From assembly GCA_964035545.1 (NCBI GenBank), contig OZ037765.1, forward strand, positions 8,566,698 through 8,630,697: a stretch of 64,000 nucleotides of DNA, given 5' to 3'. The notes beneath the pieces were generated by a model. That model did not search any database, was not told the DNA's origin, and saw only the letters and a program-made list of their open reading frames with translations. The DNA is from Bugula neritina. Taxonomy: Eukaryota > Animalia > Bryozoa. Of the stretch, positions 1 to 13,554 are shown piece by piece. Made by a program: the position numbers and the translations under genes. Positions within the stretch are counted from its first letter, which is position 1. Every line of letters starts with the position of its first letter.

Positions 1-247
1 GAGGTCGGAGCCCGAAGACGCGATATCGGAGGGGCCTGCCCGAGATCGGGCAGGTCTTCCTCCGATGTCGGTCGGCGGAACTCCGACGTTCGCGCGAGTT
101 TCGGTCCCTCATTAAGTGGCGGGAATTTCCCCCTATATAAGTACGAAGTTTTTAACAGAGCAATCAGTCTAACACTGGAGCTCACAGAGGAAACATCAAT
201 AAAGACTATTAGAATCAATATTTTACAAAGACTTTATTTCTATCACA
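1..247 (+). mobile_element. Probable LTR remnant (3' part), truncated by the window edge
   Basis: GC-rich block with a hairpin (cctgcccga-ga-tcgggcagg, 35-54), then TATATAA (134-140), Inr-like TCAGT (164-168), AATAAA (198-203) and a possible CA end at ~247. This is the U3-R-U5 signal order of an LTR. No second LTR or gag/pol is visible. Confidence 0.45.
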
Positions 248-516
248 ATAACTGGCATGCAGACTACTAGTCTATTCTTATAATCCACAAAATCACAACA
301 ATATGAATATCAAGCTCATTAACCAAATTCGATATTAATTATAATATTATATTAATATATTATATTAATATGATTTATTAAATTTAATACGTTTGAATTC
401 TTTTAAAGACATAGAACACTTGAAAACACTCAAAGTTATAGAAGTACCTCATTATTCATCAGTTTTACAGTGTAAACTTAATGTTAGGTGGTGATTGTGT
501 TGATTTTTTACTTTTT

Positions 517-1619
517 TTATATGGACCCTCTTGGGTCTCTCCGAGACACTGCTTTGATGATTGCAGCGTTTGTGGGTTCATCATTTATAAGTTCATCGTA
601 AGCAGATGTGATCGATTTGTGTTTTTCCTCATGGGACAGAAGGCGAAGCAACAGAGCATGTCTTATTTTTGTTCTTCTCTCTGTTAGGTTTTCTAGTTCT
701 AGCTGCTCACAAGCTGCTGTCACACTATCCCTCCCTTTGAGGGTTGATATAAATCTTATGATTCCGTGTTGCACCATCTCAATGCCATTTATTAGATAAT
801 TTAATGTGGTATCCCAAACAGAAGCTGCATATTTAATATGCGGTTTACATAGGCTTGTGTAAGCAAGGAGACAAGCGGAAGCAGGGGTATCATGCAGTGC
901 GCGTTTAATCATGCTCAACTGTTTTTTGGTTTTTCCAATTTTACTCTGAATGTGTTTGTTAAACTTCAAGTCCGAATAAAGAATGACGCCCAGGTAGCAA
1001 GTCTCCTGCACAATTTCTAGGTTTGTCTTGTTTAGCACATAGCTGGTATCAGAGAAGTTTATTGAACTGCCCTGAACATTTATCAGCATTGAAGGACATG
1101 CAGCACATATTTGCCCATTGTAAAGTGCTTACACATTGTTTTGAAATCTCAATTTATCTTGAGCATTGTTGACCACCTGATAAATGAAGGTGTCATCGAC
1201 AAATAGACTCATGTTGCAATCAACGGATCCGGCAAATCATTAATGTAGGCTAGGAAGAGGGTAGGGCCTAGCACTGACCCCTGACGAACCCCAAAAGTTA
1301 CAGGCAGCTCATATGAAAGTTGCCTTTTAATCCTCACTTTTTGTTTGCGGTCCATAAGGAAGTCATGAATCCATTTCACTATCTGTGTACTCACATTAGG
1401 AATGTTAAATAGTTTTTGCATTAGGGGTTTGTGTGAAACTTTGTCAAACGCCTTTCCAAAGACATGAACTACTGCATGAATATTATCACCTTTGTCTAAA
1501 TGCCTAGCAATGTCGTGATATGTGCCACATAATTGTGTCTCACATGACAGCCCCTTACGAAATCCATGCTGTCTGTTACACGAGATATTCTGCTTATTTA
1601 CGCCTTGTAATAAATGCAA
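517..1619 (-). mobile_element. Degenerate non-LTR retrotransposon (LINE, CR1/L2/RTE-like) reverse transcriptase fragment
   Basis: ORFs 1209-1619 and 517-1089 carry RT motifs QHGFRKGLSCETQL, KAFDKVSH, GVRQGSVLGPTLFLAYINDLP and YLGVIL..DLKFNKHI. The frame is broken near the expected ADD motif (VDDTF in another frame), and the element is 5'-truncated. Confidence 0.92.
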
Positions 1620-1719
1620 AGCTTGCCAAAATAACCATTTCTTGTTTCAGTAAAATAAATTTGCATTTATTTTAGGCTCTAAATTTTTAATCCCAGTTAT
1701 CGTATACATAGATGAAATT

Positions 1720-4700
1720 ATGTCTTCTGACAAAAAGAACAAGCGGGAGCGGGAGCTGCAACTTGAATGTGAGACACATATAAAAGGTGGGTATTGTATG
1801 CATTCCAAATGCCATGAGTTGTATTGCTAAAGTAAACTGATTATAAAGAAGTTGTGAAATTTGTAATTGCTATTTTCTCAACTGCTAAAATTTAGCTTAT
1901 CAACTTCCTTTCATTTTAGACCTTCATTCAAAGTTGGATCAACAACTGCGAAATTTAGAGGCGAAGATGGAAGGACAATGTTCTGCTGTAACTGAAATTC
2001 AAGACTTTTTAAAACGTAGAGGAGATGTTGAACAGGAGTACTCCAGACAACTAGACAAATTAGCTGGCACTTTCCAGTCTAAGATAAAGGGCTTTGAAAA
2101 TCAAAGGAAGTAAGTAAACGAACACTAATGAAGATTAAAACATACTTTGATGCAAATAGAATTTTAATTTACAACTAGTTTACTTTAGGCTGTTACTTTT
2201 ATGGTTACTCAGTGACTTAGTACAGTTGGGAAAACAACTTAGTTGAGATTGAGGTGTGCTTATTGTTAAACCAGCTTTTGGCTGTGCTGCCTTCACCTGA
2301 AGCATAAGTTATTATAATCCTAGTATCAAATGTTAGGTTTCAATTTCAGTCATCACTCAATGCCATATTTTAACAGTAACAGGCTAGTAATGCTAAGCTA
2401 CTAATAGAGGAAATTCAAATAGATGCTATAGTTGAAGGTAATTAAATCGTATAAGATTTAAATCTGTGACTGTCTTTGTTATTGTAGCTGATAGCTAATT
2501 ACCATTCCATTCTCTTATTTCTCTACTTTACTGAATTCAACCTTTTACTTAGTTTAATGATTTTTATATGTACCAAAGCTATATGTAACTGATCAGTGTG
2601 TGACTCTAAAGTGCTATGTTAAAGGAATAACTTGTTTAATTGACAGCTAATACACATAACCAATACACCGCCAACATTTAACATTTACACAGCATGTTTG
2701 GCATAGCAATTACTACTGCTTTTTGAAATCTCAATTCATCAGTTTTTAGTATAGCTGTTTTTTTTCAGCATACAGGAAGCATCATAAAAACTTGCTTATA
2801 AGGAAGTTTTAAAATCACTGCAACCAGTCCAAACACTTAGTTGTGCAAAGCAGTTACATAGACAAAACCATTTGTTTTATTTAGTCAAATTGATGTTCAA
2901 AAGGAGTCCAAGATTAATAAGGCGCAATAACAATCAATGATCAGCCTATTAAATTTAAACTTGTTTTCGAATAGCTCAGCTCCAACACAATTTATTTAGA
3001 AGTTAGAAATATTTCACCAAGTCTCTTCATAGTAGAAAATGTTATTTGAAAATTTACTAAGATATTATTTTGTTTAGTGTTGTGTGATTGGCTAGAAGCA
3101 TTGAACGTAAGATAACATAAATTGGTACTTCATAGATCAGTTAGATAATTTTTAGATATAGCATAGGTCATTTCCTCTTACTTATCTAATGGCTATGCAA
3201 ATGCCTAGATGCCTCACGCTAGGTCCCATTTAAAGGAAGTTGTGTAGAATATTTATGCTGGCCATTGGTTGTGTGTTATACATATGCATATACTGCGATG
3301 TAATGCATATACTGCTGTGATCACTGAAACAGTAAGTCCGATTATAGAATATTAATTTGAATGAAGCTGTGGTTCTTTCGTATAGCACCAACAGCTTGTG
3401 GTTGCGTATTATCTTGGCCCCTGACTCTTCAATATTTTGTAGGAAGCACGGAGCACCTAATTATTCCCACTCTGTATGTATACAGCATTTGGTAAATATT
3501 GCTAAAAATGATAGTAAAGACCACAGTGTGCTGTCAGAGGTTTATGGAAACAGAATGCACACTGGACTTCAGGATCTCATAGAGCATCACAGGAGAATGC
3601 ATGGCAATGTAAGTGAGCCATCTTCCAGGTCAATATGCATAGACTCTGGTCTTATTGGTCTCCTAATGTTATAAGGGCTGGCAACAGATCTTATCTTTCC
3701 ATCTGTCAGCACTTGTATTGTCTAAATTACATGTTGTTAGGGTGTTTTTGTAAGAGTCTAAAGTTTACAGTAGCAAGCTGTACGATCCTTACTTTCTGCT
3801 GTCTCATTACAGTGTAAAGAAACCATACGCTCTGCTCATGAAGAGCTTTTTAAAGCACTCCGGGAACTGCAAACTGTAAGTCAATATGTTACGTAAGTGT
3901 TGCAAGACAAACCTCACACAAACTTTATACTTTGCCAATCACGTCACTGCTAACAGTTGGAGTTATTACCTCATGGCCATGTATCTATTCAAACATGGTG
4001 ACTATCAAGTTACATGTGCTGAGCAGTTTATTGATGGTGTCATGGAACAAAAATCTACCCGACATGAATACAAATTTCGTGCTCCCTTACTTTAAAGTGT
4101 TGCAAAAAAAATCACTCTAGCTCAACAGTAATTTGCTAATGTATCTGGCCACACCTGCCCACACACTGTGTTATGGCTGCTGAAGTTTTTAACTCGCGTC
4201 ATTTTCACATCTATATCATTTTTAGTAAGTTTAACAAATTATTTTTCTTAATTCATTTTCCTTATTTCCCCTATTAACATTTCACTTATTCTTATGATAA
4301 GTAATAACACACGCTCTACTTCTATCAACCACACCAACATGTAATTTCCATATTGATTCTTGCTCTAGATTTCTATGGGAAAATAATTATTATTGTATAT
4401 TTTCTCTTAAGCATGTGTTGTTTAAGAGATTTATATTTCTTCACCTGCTCCATTTAATCTACTTACCTTACATGCTTGTTGTAAGCTGTCATTGTATTGG
4501 CTGCCTTTTCCATACATGCTTGATTCTCCCATAACACAATACTGTTTGCATTTGTCATAAACATGTTAATTTAGCTCTCGAATTGTACTTTAGGCTTTTT
4601 TCTCTTAGCTAATTACTGTCATTAGTATAAATAAGTGAGCATACTGATTAGGTCAAAACTATGTATCAGCTTTTAACCAATTCAACTGCAAGTTGCTGTA

Positions 4701-7700
4701 CAAGTTATTTAGTTAAAATGTTTTGGTCATGCATCAGTATAGAAATACAATTTTTTTTTATTTACCTTGCCTTAGCTTCAAGTAAGTTTGATAAGTAAAT
4801 AACCTAAAGTTTATCTGCTCTTAGATGGTAGTTAAATGTAATCTTGAAATATCTGGGAATTTGATAAGATTTGATCTTGAAATATCGTAAAATGAACACA
4901 TAAAAGTATTTCAATAATGCCATCTTTACATTAAAAATTTCATTTTTGTCATCAACAGTGATTTTATGAACACATTTTGTTGTTATATATTAGGAAATGA
5001 AGCAACATCACATGGCGAATGGTGAGGCATATGAGGCTGAGAACAAGTTGAAGAGTGCTCAAGAACAGAGAAACAAGCTTGAGAAGCAAGTAGACAAATC
5101 CTCAAAGAAACTGAAGAAGTTGGAGAGCACAGTAGGCAGGGTATGTGACAGTTGGTATTCAAATCTAAATAAAATATGATTATATATTTTAGAGGTATTG
5201 TGGTTTTATGCTAGGCTTTAATTTTGGACTTGTGTATTTTAGTTTCAATTTATTTAGTTGGTTGAGTTAAAGTTTATTTAGAAAGTCAGCTTTTTTATAT
5301 TTTAGAAAGAGGAAAAATACACGAGCCAGCAGCAGAAAGCCCTCAGAGCCAGAAATGAATATGTACTGGCATTGGCCACTGCAGACACTTCCACAACCAA
5401 ATATTTTGAAGAAGATTTATCTCTCACAGTAGATGTAAGTTTAGACAGAAGAAAAACTGTAGTTTTATTCTGCTTTTTCACCTAGTCATTATTGTTTTGC
5501 TATTAGCTGGCTTACAGTTGATTTGTAAAAAAAGTTTGTGTAGCACTTTAGTTTCTTATTCTCTAGTAGGCTGGAGATATTGTGTCTAGCATAGATGTCA
5601 CTGTGTTATTAATACCATATCGTAGGTTTAACAATTTATAGAAGTTATTTACTAAAATTTATGTATTTGCTAAGTACTAATATTTTGATTTTGTTGTTAA
5701 AAACCCCTAATCAAGCCAATTCGTATGTAAATGAAGTATATTTTGTTGTGCCCTTTTACATTTTTTACCTACTAATCTTTTGTATTTATATACATTGCAC
5801 ATTATCAGGCTTTGAAAAGAAATTACTGGATTTCGGAGCAATAATCACAGCAACTGCTCTTTTATGCAAATAATTACTGTTATAAATACTTCTTAGTGCA
5901 TGGATTTTGGATATCACAATGCTTTACAAAGAAATATGCTTCAATACGTATCCTGTCTGGAAAATCTTAGACTATCCAATCAGACGTCTTTAGATGCTGC
6001 CAATAAATGTGTGCAGGAAATTGATTTCAACAAAGATAAGCAACTCTTCTTTAAAGCATACAGGTTTGTTGCTTGTCTATAAACATTAAATTTTTTCTTG
6101 ATATATAGGCTACAAGAAAATTTTGTTTAAGGTCTCATTGTAACAAGTTGTTGAATTTTTCCTTTTTCTTTTAGTATAGTTTTTTAATTTTGTGAAGGTA
6201 TTGTTTTCAGTATTACTTTACTAAGAATTTTTCTTACGTTTTTTCAACACATGACTCGTGAAATTCTGCTATGACTAGAATATCTGACTATGACTGCTAT
6301 GCCTGAATTGTTTGTCAGAATTGTCGGTGTTTCTTTTCTCACTGCTTTGTTGATACCATAATTGTAACTTACCTAGTAGCATTATAACTTACCTAGTAGT
6401 ATTATAACTTACCTAGTATTATTATAACTTACCTAGTATTATTGTAACTTACCTAGTAAAATTGTAACTTACCTAGTATAATTGTAACTTACCTAGTATA
6501 ATTGTAACTTACCTAGTATTATTATAACTTACCTAGTAGTATTATAACTTACCTAGTAGTGTTGTAACTTACCTAGTATAATTGTAACTTACCTAGTATT
6601 ATTATAACTTACCTAGTAGTATTGTAACTTACCTAGTATAATTGTAACTTACTTAGTATAATTATAACTTACCTAGTATTATTGTAACTTACCTAGTATA
6701 ATTGTAACTGTATTTTACAGTGCAATCTATTCAGCTCCTAAAAAGCTGTCTCAATGCAACGAGAATTTAGACATGTCCACAGAAGATGAGTCAATCAGAC
6801 TGGGTTTACTGGATCGGTATCAGCAAACTCAAAACAGATTATCTGCTCTTAAAGTGGAAAATGAAGAGGTGCGTATCTTTATTTCTCATTCAAAATTACT
6901 TTTTCTGCATATAATTAGCTGTCACTTTTCTCTCATTGATGGTGTAAATCAGTATACATGGCCAGTTTATACTGTTGAACATAAATATTTGTCATTATGG
7001 TCTAGGTTTGTGAAGATTAAGTTGAGTTGAAAATACTATGTATTCTACGGTGATTCTGTTTCAGACATGGAAGTCGGTGGAAGATGCAGATAAAGCTCTT
7101 ATGCAACTACTGAATGCTCAAGAACATGACGTCTCTTCCATGTTTAGAGCCGATACTCCATCATCTCCATACAAGCCAGTCGTCTCTGCTGATGACAAAC
7201 AGAAAAGGCAGAGTGCTGAAGCTGATTACTTTAAAGTAACTCATCGTTTGATCAATGTTTCATTTAATATGTTGTATTATCTTTTGCTGTAACAAAGCAT
7301 TATTTGCAGTTAGATTGAATAATTTAGATTTTATATGAAAACAGATTGCGTAATCTAAAAAGAAACAGTGCTATACAAAAGTAGGAATATTCAAGTCTCG
7401 AGTTAACATCATTAATTTAAGTTTTGGACAGATAGTGATTCAATTTTAATTTACTCAAGTCATCTAATAACATTTTTTCATGTAAGTAAAATTTCCAAGA
7501 CTATCTTCTTACAAAATTTTAAGCATTGTGTAGCTATAGGTGCATTGATTTACCTTCAGCTAGTAGTTTCAGTTGAATACTATGCAATTCAGGTCAAACA
7601 ATTCGGTTGGCAAGTTTTAATTTATTTCAAGTCTTTAACAAGTTTTTTTTCCAAATGAAAACCTGCTGCTTATTTGAGACTTTGCTGCTGCTTCTGTAAT

Positions 7701-10700
7701 GAAGACTTTGTTATAGAAATTCCGGAAATATCTCTACGACAGCAACTCATCTGCCAGACTTCAAGCCAAGTACTTGTTGTTGAAAACAGCTCTGGGACCC
7801 GAGTTTCTTCGGTCAGCTGGTAGCACTATGACTCTACCTCGGCCATCTTCACTGGCACCCAAAAATAAACCAAAAAGAGTTGGCAAATCTCCAATGGTGG
7901 GACAGCCTAAGGTTTTTGGATGCTCTATCGATGACTATATTGAGGTGAGATTCGTGCATAATTATGTAATACTAGAACTTTACAAATCTGCAATTTGGGA
8001 ATATTATATTAACTAATGGAAACAACTTGGTGTCGGCTTACTTAAAATATGCAATCCAAACATTATAATCGGTAAGGAAGAGCAGATACTAATTTTTACG
8101 TCCTGAACTTGTTCTAGTAGTTTCTGCTAAATCTCTACCACTTTCAACTAATCAGCCTGTACAAATCAGAGTTAATCATGCTTTCAAAGTATTGCTTAAA
8201 CTTACCATTGTGTCATAGCATGTTGCAATGATGTTCATTTAAAAGAGCTTTAATAAATTATTTTGGAAACTTTTATGCAATGACGTCTGTTGCATACTTA
8301 GTAGAAGTTTCAACATATTAACTTGATGAGAAGTTATGTGCATGTACAGCAGTTATGCTATTTGTGTTTACACTCACCTGTTGGAATTGTATCCAATTAT
8401 TAAAGTTCAAATTTTTCTTAGATAAGTTAATATAACATATTTAAAGCCTTCTGCAAAATTTTAGATCTTTCAAATACTGTTGCTATTTCAACACATTTGG
8501 TTTGTGTGTTATTATATATCTAATGAGCATAACATTTATACACCTGTAGACTACAAGAGAAGCTATACCTCGAGTGATGGATAGCTGTGTCAGGGCTGTC
8601 AATCTGCATGGCATGACACATGAGGGAATTTTCAGAGTATCTGGTCTCCATGCTGAAATTCAAGAACTGAAGGCAGCTTTTGAAAAAGGTTTGAAAAAAC
8701 TAAATATGTTGCAAAATTTAAATAAACTAGAATAATAACGGCACACAGTATGTTCTGTCAGACTTGTGTTCAATTGGGATTCATGAAGTCATTTTCAAAA
8801 GGTATTTTTGTGGACATATTTATAGGCGAAGATCCTCTTGCCGATATAGTGGATGCCAACTCAATGAATTCCATAGCAGGAGTTCTTAAAAGCTTTTTCA
8901 GAGAACTTCAAGAACCCATGTTACCTGCCCACCTGTTTAATGAGTTTGTTGAAGCCAGCAGTAAGTAATTTGAAAGTGTCATATTAGAAGTCGACTAAAG
9001 TTTTTCCGTCTGATTATAATAGATTATATTCTGGCGGCTGAAACTTTTTGTATTACTTAAAAACGAAAGACCTACTGGTTTTACTCAACATGATGTTCTG
9101 TACACATTGCACTTATATTCTGCTGTTAGTGAAAGCAAAACTAGATCCCAAAAAAATCATATAGACTGCCTTCATGTACCATTTTTTTCTGATTCACATT
9201 TGGTATATTACGTAGATTCAGTAAAACTCACCATTTTTTAAGATGTAAAGCAGTGCTGGCGGTGGAAATTCTCTGGTTATAATATATAATAAGTAAGTGC
9301 TGTGTTTAGTCGATCATGTGCAGTTACTATTCATTCAGATGTATTCTCAACATTGACTGCATTTTGAATTATTTTTTTGCTTCAAAAATATTTTGATTTT
9401 ACTCAGTAAACTATTGAATCCAACTATTAGTCTTGACAATTATGTATCTACTGTATAGAATTCAACATGCATGTTATCTGTTGTTAGTGTTATCTGTTGC
9501 TAGTGTTATCTGTTTTTAGTGTTATCTGTTGTTAGTGTTATCTGTTGTTAGTGTTATCTGTTGCTAGTGTTATCTGTTGCTAGTGTTATCTGTTGATGTT
9601 ATCTGTTGTTGATGTGTTGAAGGAACTGATGATGATTCTTGTGAAAAGATGAGAAAATTGGTCTACAGTTTATCTTCTGCCAGAGTTGTTGTCTTGAGAT
9701 ATCTCTTTGCCTTTCTCAGTCATCTGTCACAGTTTAGTGATGAGAACTTCATGTGCCCATATAACCTGGCCGTGTGCTTCGGTCCTGCTCTCTTACCTAT
9801 TCCTGACGACAAGGAGCAGGTAACTCTCACAGTGTAGCCTCTTGGTGAAGTTTCATATTTGGATTTGATAATATTTTATACAAGTTTTTATCATGTCATG
9901 ACATGGATAGAATGTTATTGATATTTCTTTATTGTAAAATATTAATTCGAGAGCAGCCGTGGTCTAGGGGTTCGAGCGTTTGCCTAGTAAACACGGAGTC
10001 ATGGGTTCAAACCCTAGTAAAGGCCATTGGTGATGTTAGTCATAGTTGCTCTTGTGCTCCATCTGAATAAGTTCTCCTTTAAAAAGAGACCCTTCCATTA
10101 AGGGTTCTCACGGGAATAGTGACTATAAACTTGCTTGAGTTTTATTAACACGGTAAAGTCACTATCGATATTAAACACATTATGAACTCATCATTAACTA
10201 TATGACTGGGTATGTTTTGTTTTAGGATCAAATCATTCATCAGAACAATGTGAATGATATTATTAAAATTATGATTGTTAACTGGGATACAATATTCTCA
10301 TTAGATGACCCTCCAGGCCCACTCTATGAACGCCTTGCCACTAACACTATGTAAGTCTGTCTAAACTCTCCCTTCTGTTTACACACCAGCAGTATTTGTT
10401 GATAATTAATTATATTATATAGAAATCATAATACTTTCTATGTAATTGAAGATAGTTTTGTTGGTTGAAGACTGCTAAAGTTATTACCTCATAGTTTAAG
10501 TTAAGAAGCAAATCAGTATTTTTGTTTAAAAGTTTGTCAGCATTAGACATGATCATTTATTATCTACTAAAAAACACTTTCATTCATGTTGTTAGCAGAC
10601 TGTATTGGCTTTATCTAACCACCACTTGGGGTTTTAGAAAAGTGTTTGGTTTGGGTTAATTAAGCTGTCATTTCTTGAGTGCTGTGGAGTTTTCTTTACT

Positions 10701-12774
10701 CTTAGATGCTACATATACTCAAAATTTAAAGAGTCAATTTCAACAAGATGAAGTATGCCATCATATTTCATGTTTTGAGTCGAGTCTCTGTGTTGGAATA
10801 AAGCAGCAAAGGCTTCTATTTATTTAAACAATACTAATTGTTTTCAATAGTTTGGTGCTTTTGTTTTATTATAGACAAAAAAGTTTTTTCAGAACATTTT
10901 GTTTTCTCAACATATTGTTACATTCTGCAGAATCAGCATGACCCAGTTTTATAATCATATAGGACACGCTGGGTGACAGAAACCCCACTAAAAATGAATT
11001 GTGATGTTCTGAGTAATATTTATAACTACAACAGCACGTGGTTTTTATATAACTTTGTTTATATGCATCAGTTGTGTTGGTTCTTCAGTTTGAGTAGTGG
11101 TAATACCTGACTTTAGGTTGGACAGTAACACCGAGCATACAGACGAAGAAGACGAAGACGATGAAGATGAAGGTAATATTTATATTAATATCTATTTGCA
11201 TAAGTTTCTTGAACAGATATATGTGCGGTATTTTCTTTGGTATTTTGATATTTAAGTTTGGTGGTTGTTATGTAGAGACGGAGATAGTGGAGGCAGTTGC
11301 AGTCTACGACTTTGAAGGGAGGACTAGTCAGGAGTTGTCATTCAAAAAAGATGACGTGCTGATCCTTTACAATAACAAGTCTCCCGACTGGTGGGAGGGG
11401 GCACATAATGGAAAAGAAGGCCTTATTCCTGATAAATATATACGTTTGAAAAGGTAAAACACCAATATTAGAAATTATACTGTTTCGAAAGTGCACGAGC
11501 AAAAGTTGCGTAACATCTTGTAATTCCGACAGTTGACAATCATTGCTTTGTGGTTAAAAATGTTGAGCATGTTATTTCTTATTCAAATTTTCCCTCTTAA
11601 AAGCAGCAACTTTCTCTTGCAAGTTTGCTTTGTTGGACAATAGAGTTTGTCATGTGATATGTTGTTGTAGTTTAGCTCTTTCTGCACTGCATAAGCTACA
11701 CGGTCAACTTGCTCTTCTCTCTTCTGCAGCAGCTGTAGGATCAGTATGACTAGTTTAGGTAGTATCTAATTGATGTAAGTATGGAGAGTAGCTACACAGT
11801 CTCTGTGCCTCTCACCATTCACTCATCAGCTTACCTCATTGAATGCTTTCACTGCTGCTAATTTCTGCCAACTCATCAGCTATATTTCTTGGTAGCCGTT
11901 GTGTGCCCTCGGTTAAGGGATTTTGGTTTGACCAGTTCAGTTTGCCATTAGAATGTTTTACCAAGGTTGTTTTATGTAAGCATGTGTGGAAGTTTCTTGT
12001 GTTTATTGCATGTAGCTTCAGTTGTTACGTAGCTAGAACGAGTTTTGATCTAACCTGTTTTGTTTTCGGTTGTAGTGAGAGCAGTGTTTTATTATTTCTT
12101 TCGGAAAACCAAATATGCAGCCACTAGCTTGAGTACTTAGAACTAATCAAAAACATTTTCTAGCTATAGCTAGTGGCATACCAACTTAACATTCAATCAA
12201 CATAGTTGAGTCTTGAATATTTTCTGAATAGTTAAAAATGATGACAGCCATTATTATTATTAAAAGTTAAAAGTTTAAACTGACGGTTTAAAAAACTTAT
12301 GCTCTTCTAGGAATCATGTATTTGTTTTTCACCAGTCTGCTAAGATGATTTGCATCTCTTATTTTCTAGGCTATGAAACAATATCATGAGAGATTTTATA
12401 CTATTTTAATAACTTCATAGTCATTCATATTATACCAAACACCTTATAAAATATATATATATATGTATATATAGCGCATATGAATATATACACTCATTTT
12501 TTGATTAACAAGCTGCTCCACATTATTTTTTGCGCCCTATTTTGCAGTCCATTCATCAACCTTTATTTGTTTTATACTACCTACATGTAGATGATCCATT
12601 TTTTTAACCCAAGTTAATATATTTTGCAGCAACAGCCTGTCCTCAAGCGCCACAGACTCTTCTTTAAAGAAACGAGGAGCGAACTCTTTGAATCGCTCTA
12701 CAGGTGCTTCACCCAGGGTTGCAGCTAAGAGTGCATCTCTGCCCAGAACCGGTTTCAGTAATCCTCCGAAGTAA
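1720..12774 (+). CDS. SRGAP: SLIT-ROBO Rho GTPase-activating protein (srGAP family): F-BAR + RhoGAP + SH3, about 17 coding exons
   Basis: Exon 1 (1720-1786) encodes MSSDKKNKRERELQLECETHIK. Exon 2 (~1920-2109) encodes EIQDFLKRRGDVEQEYSRQLDKLA (F-BAR). RhoGAP motifs: HEGIFRVSG (arginine finger, ~8620), SIAGVLKSFFRELQEP and ENFMCPYNLAVCFGP. The SH3 exon (~11277-11453) reads AVAVYDFEGRTSQELSFKKDD..DWWEG..GLIPDKY. The last exon (12630-12774) is in phase and ends in TAA. Confidence 0.93.
6361..6709 (+). repeat. 20-bp minisatellite (ATTGTAACTTACCTAGTATA), about 17 copies, in an srGAP intron
   Basis: Directly visible contiguous tandem units with no spacers; the array ends ~10 bp before the acceptor AG at 6719-6720. 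Confidence 0.97.
9471..9610 (+). repeat. 16-bp minisatellite (GTGTTATCTGTTGTTA), about 8 copies, intronic
   Basis: Tandem units visible, ending just upstream of the acceptor at ~9622. Confidence 0.95.
9951..10140 (+). mobile_element. tRNA-derived SINE (Pol III A/B boxes)
   Basis: A-box-like TGGTCTAGGGG (~9960) and B-box GGGTTCAAACC (~10003) at tRNA-like spacing, followed by a non-tRNA body. No intact acceptor stem. The 3' boundary is approximate. Confidence 0.65.
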
Positions 12775-13554
12775 TATTTTTTTAAACCAACGTTTTATCG
12801 ATTTGAAAATCACTCATGATGTATCATTAATAGGTGGTGTTACTACTGTTTTATTCAATATGGTGCGAATTTCAATCATATACTCATTTAATCGTAAAAT
12901 TTTAATGTTGAATTGAAAGATTTTTTCCTGTGTATCATTAGAAAATTGTAAAAAAATATTATTTGCTGTCAAATTTTACAGCTTTGTAAGTGTAATTATA
13001 CCCATAAGAATTTTAGGAACAAAGTTATGGCGTTAAGCTGTATTTTTTCAAAGCATTTTTAATTACTTTTCTTTTAACTGATATATTAGACATGCACAAG
13101 TTTTTAGCTACTTTTTATTATATATGTTGGTTCTTTTGGCTTTTGTTTCTCACGGTTATAACTCGTCGCTTCCCGTTATAAGTTCATAACACGCTGAACG
13201 AGTTTATTATAATTTATATCCTCTTTGTAACAAATATCCCTGGCACGTTTTACTTTTGTGATTTACTGCTCAATTGGGTCCTATTTTCTTATATATTGCT
13301 GTATTATATTTACGTCGGCTACATACAAACTATTTTATCAGTTTTAAAAAAGCTGTGTAAGTTGATTTCTTTAATATCTCTTTAATAATAAATTGGTAAC
13401 GATAATAAAATAATTATTCTCTATTCATAAATAGCTCTATAAAATAATATAAAAGTTTCAAAATATATTCCTATAGTCATGAAGTGAGCAACTTGCCTGC
13501 AACAACCCAAAAATAAAATTAACATTATACGCGTTAGTTTATTGACTTAGATTG

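Noticed and set aside
6361-6709. CRISPR-like array
   Set aside because: The units are contiguous with no unique spacers, there are no cas genes, and the context is a spliceosomal intron.
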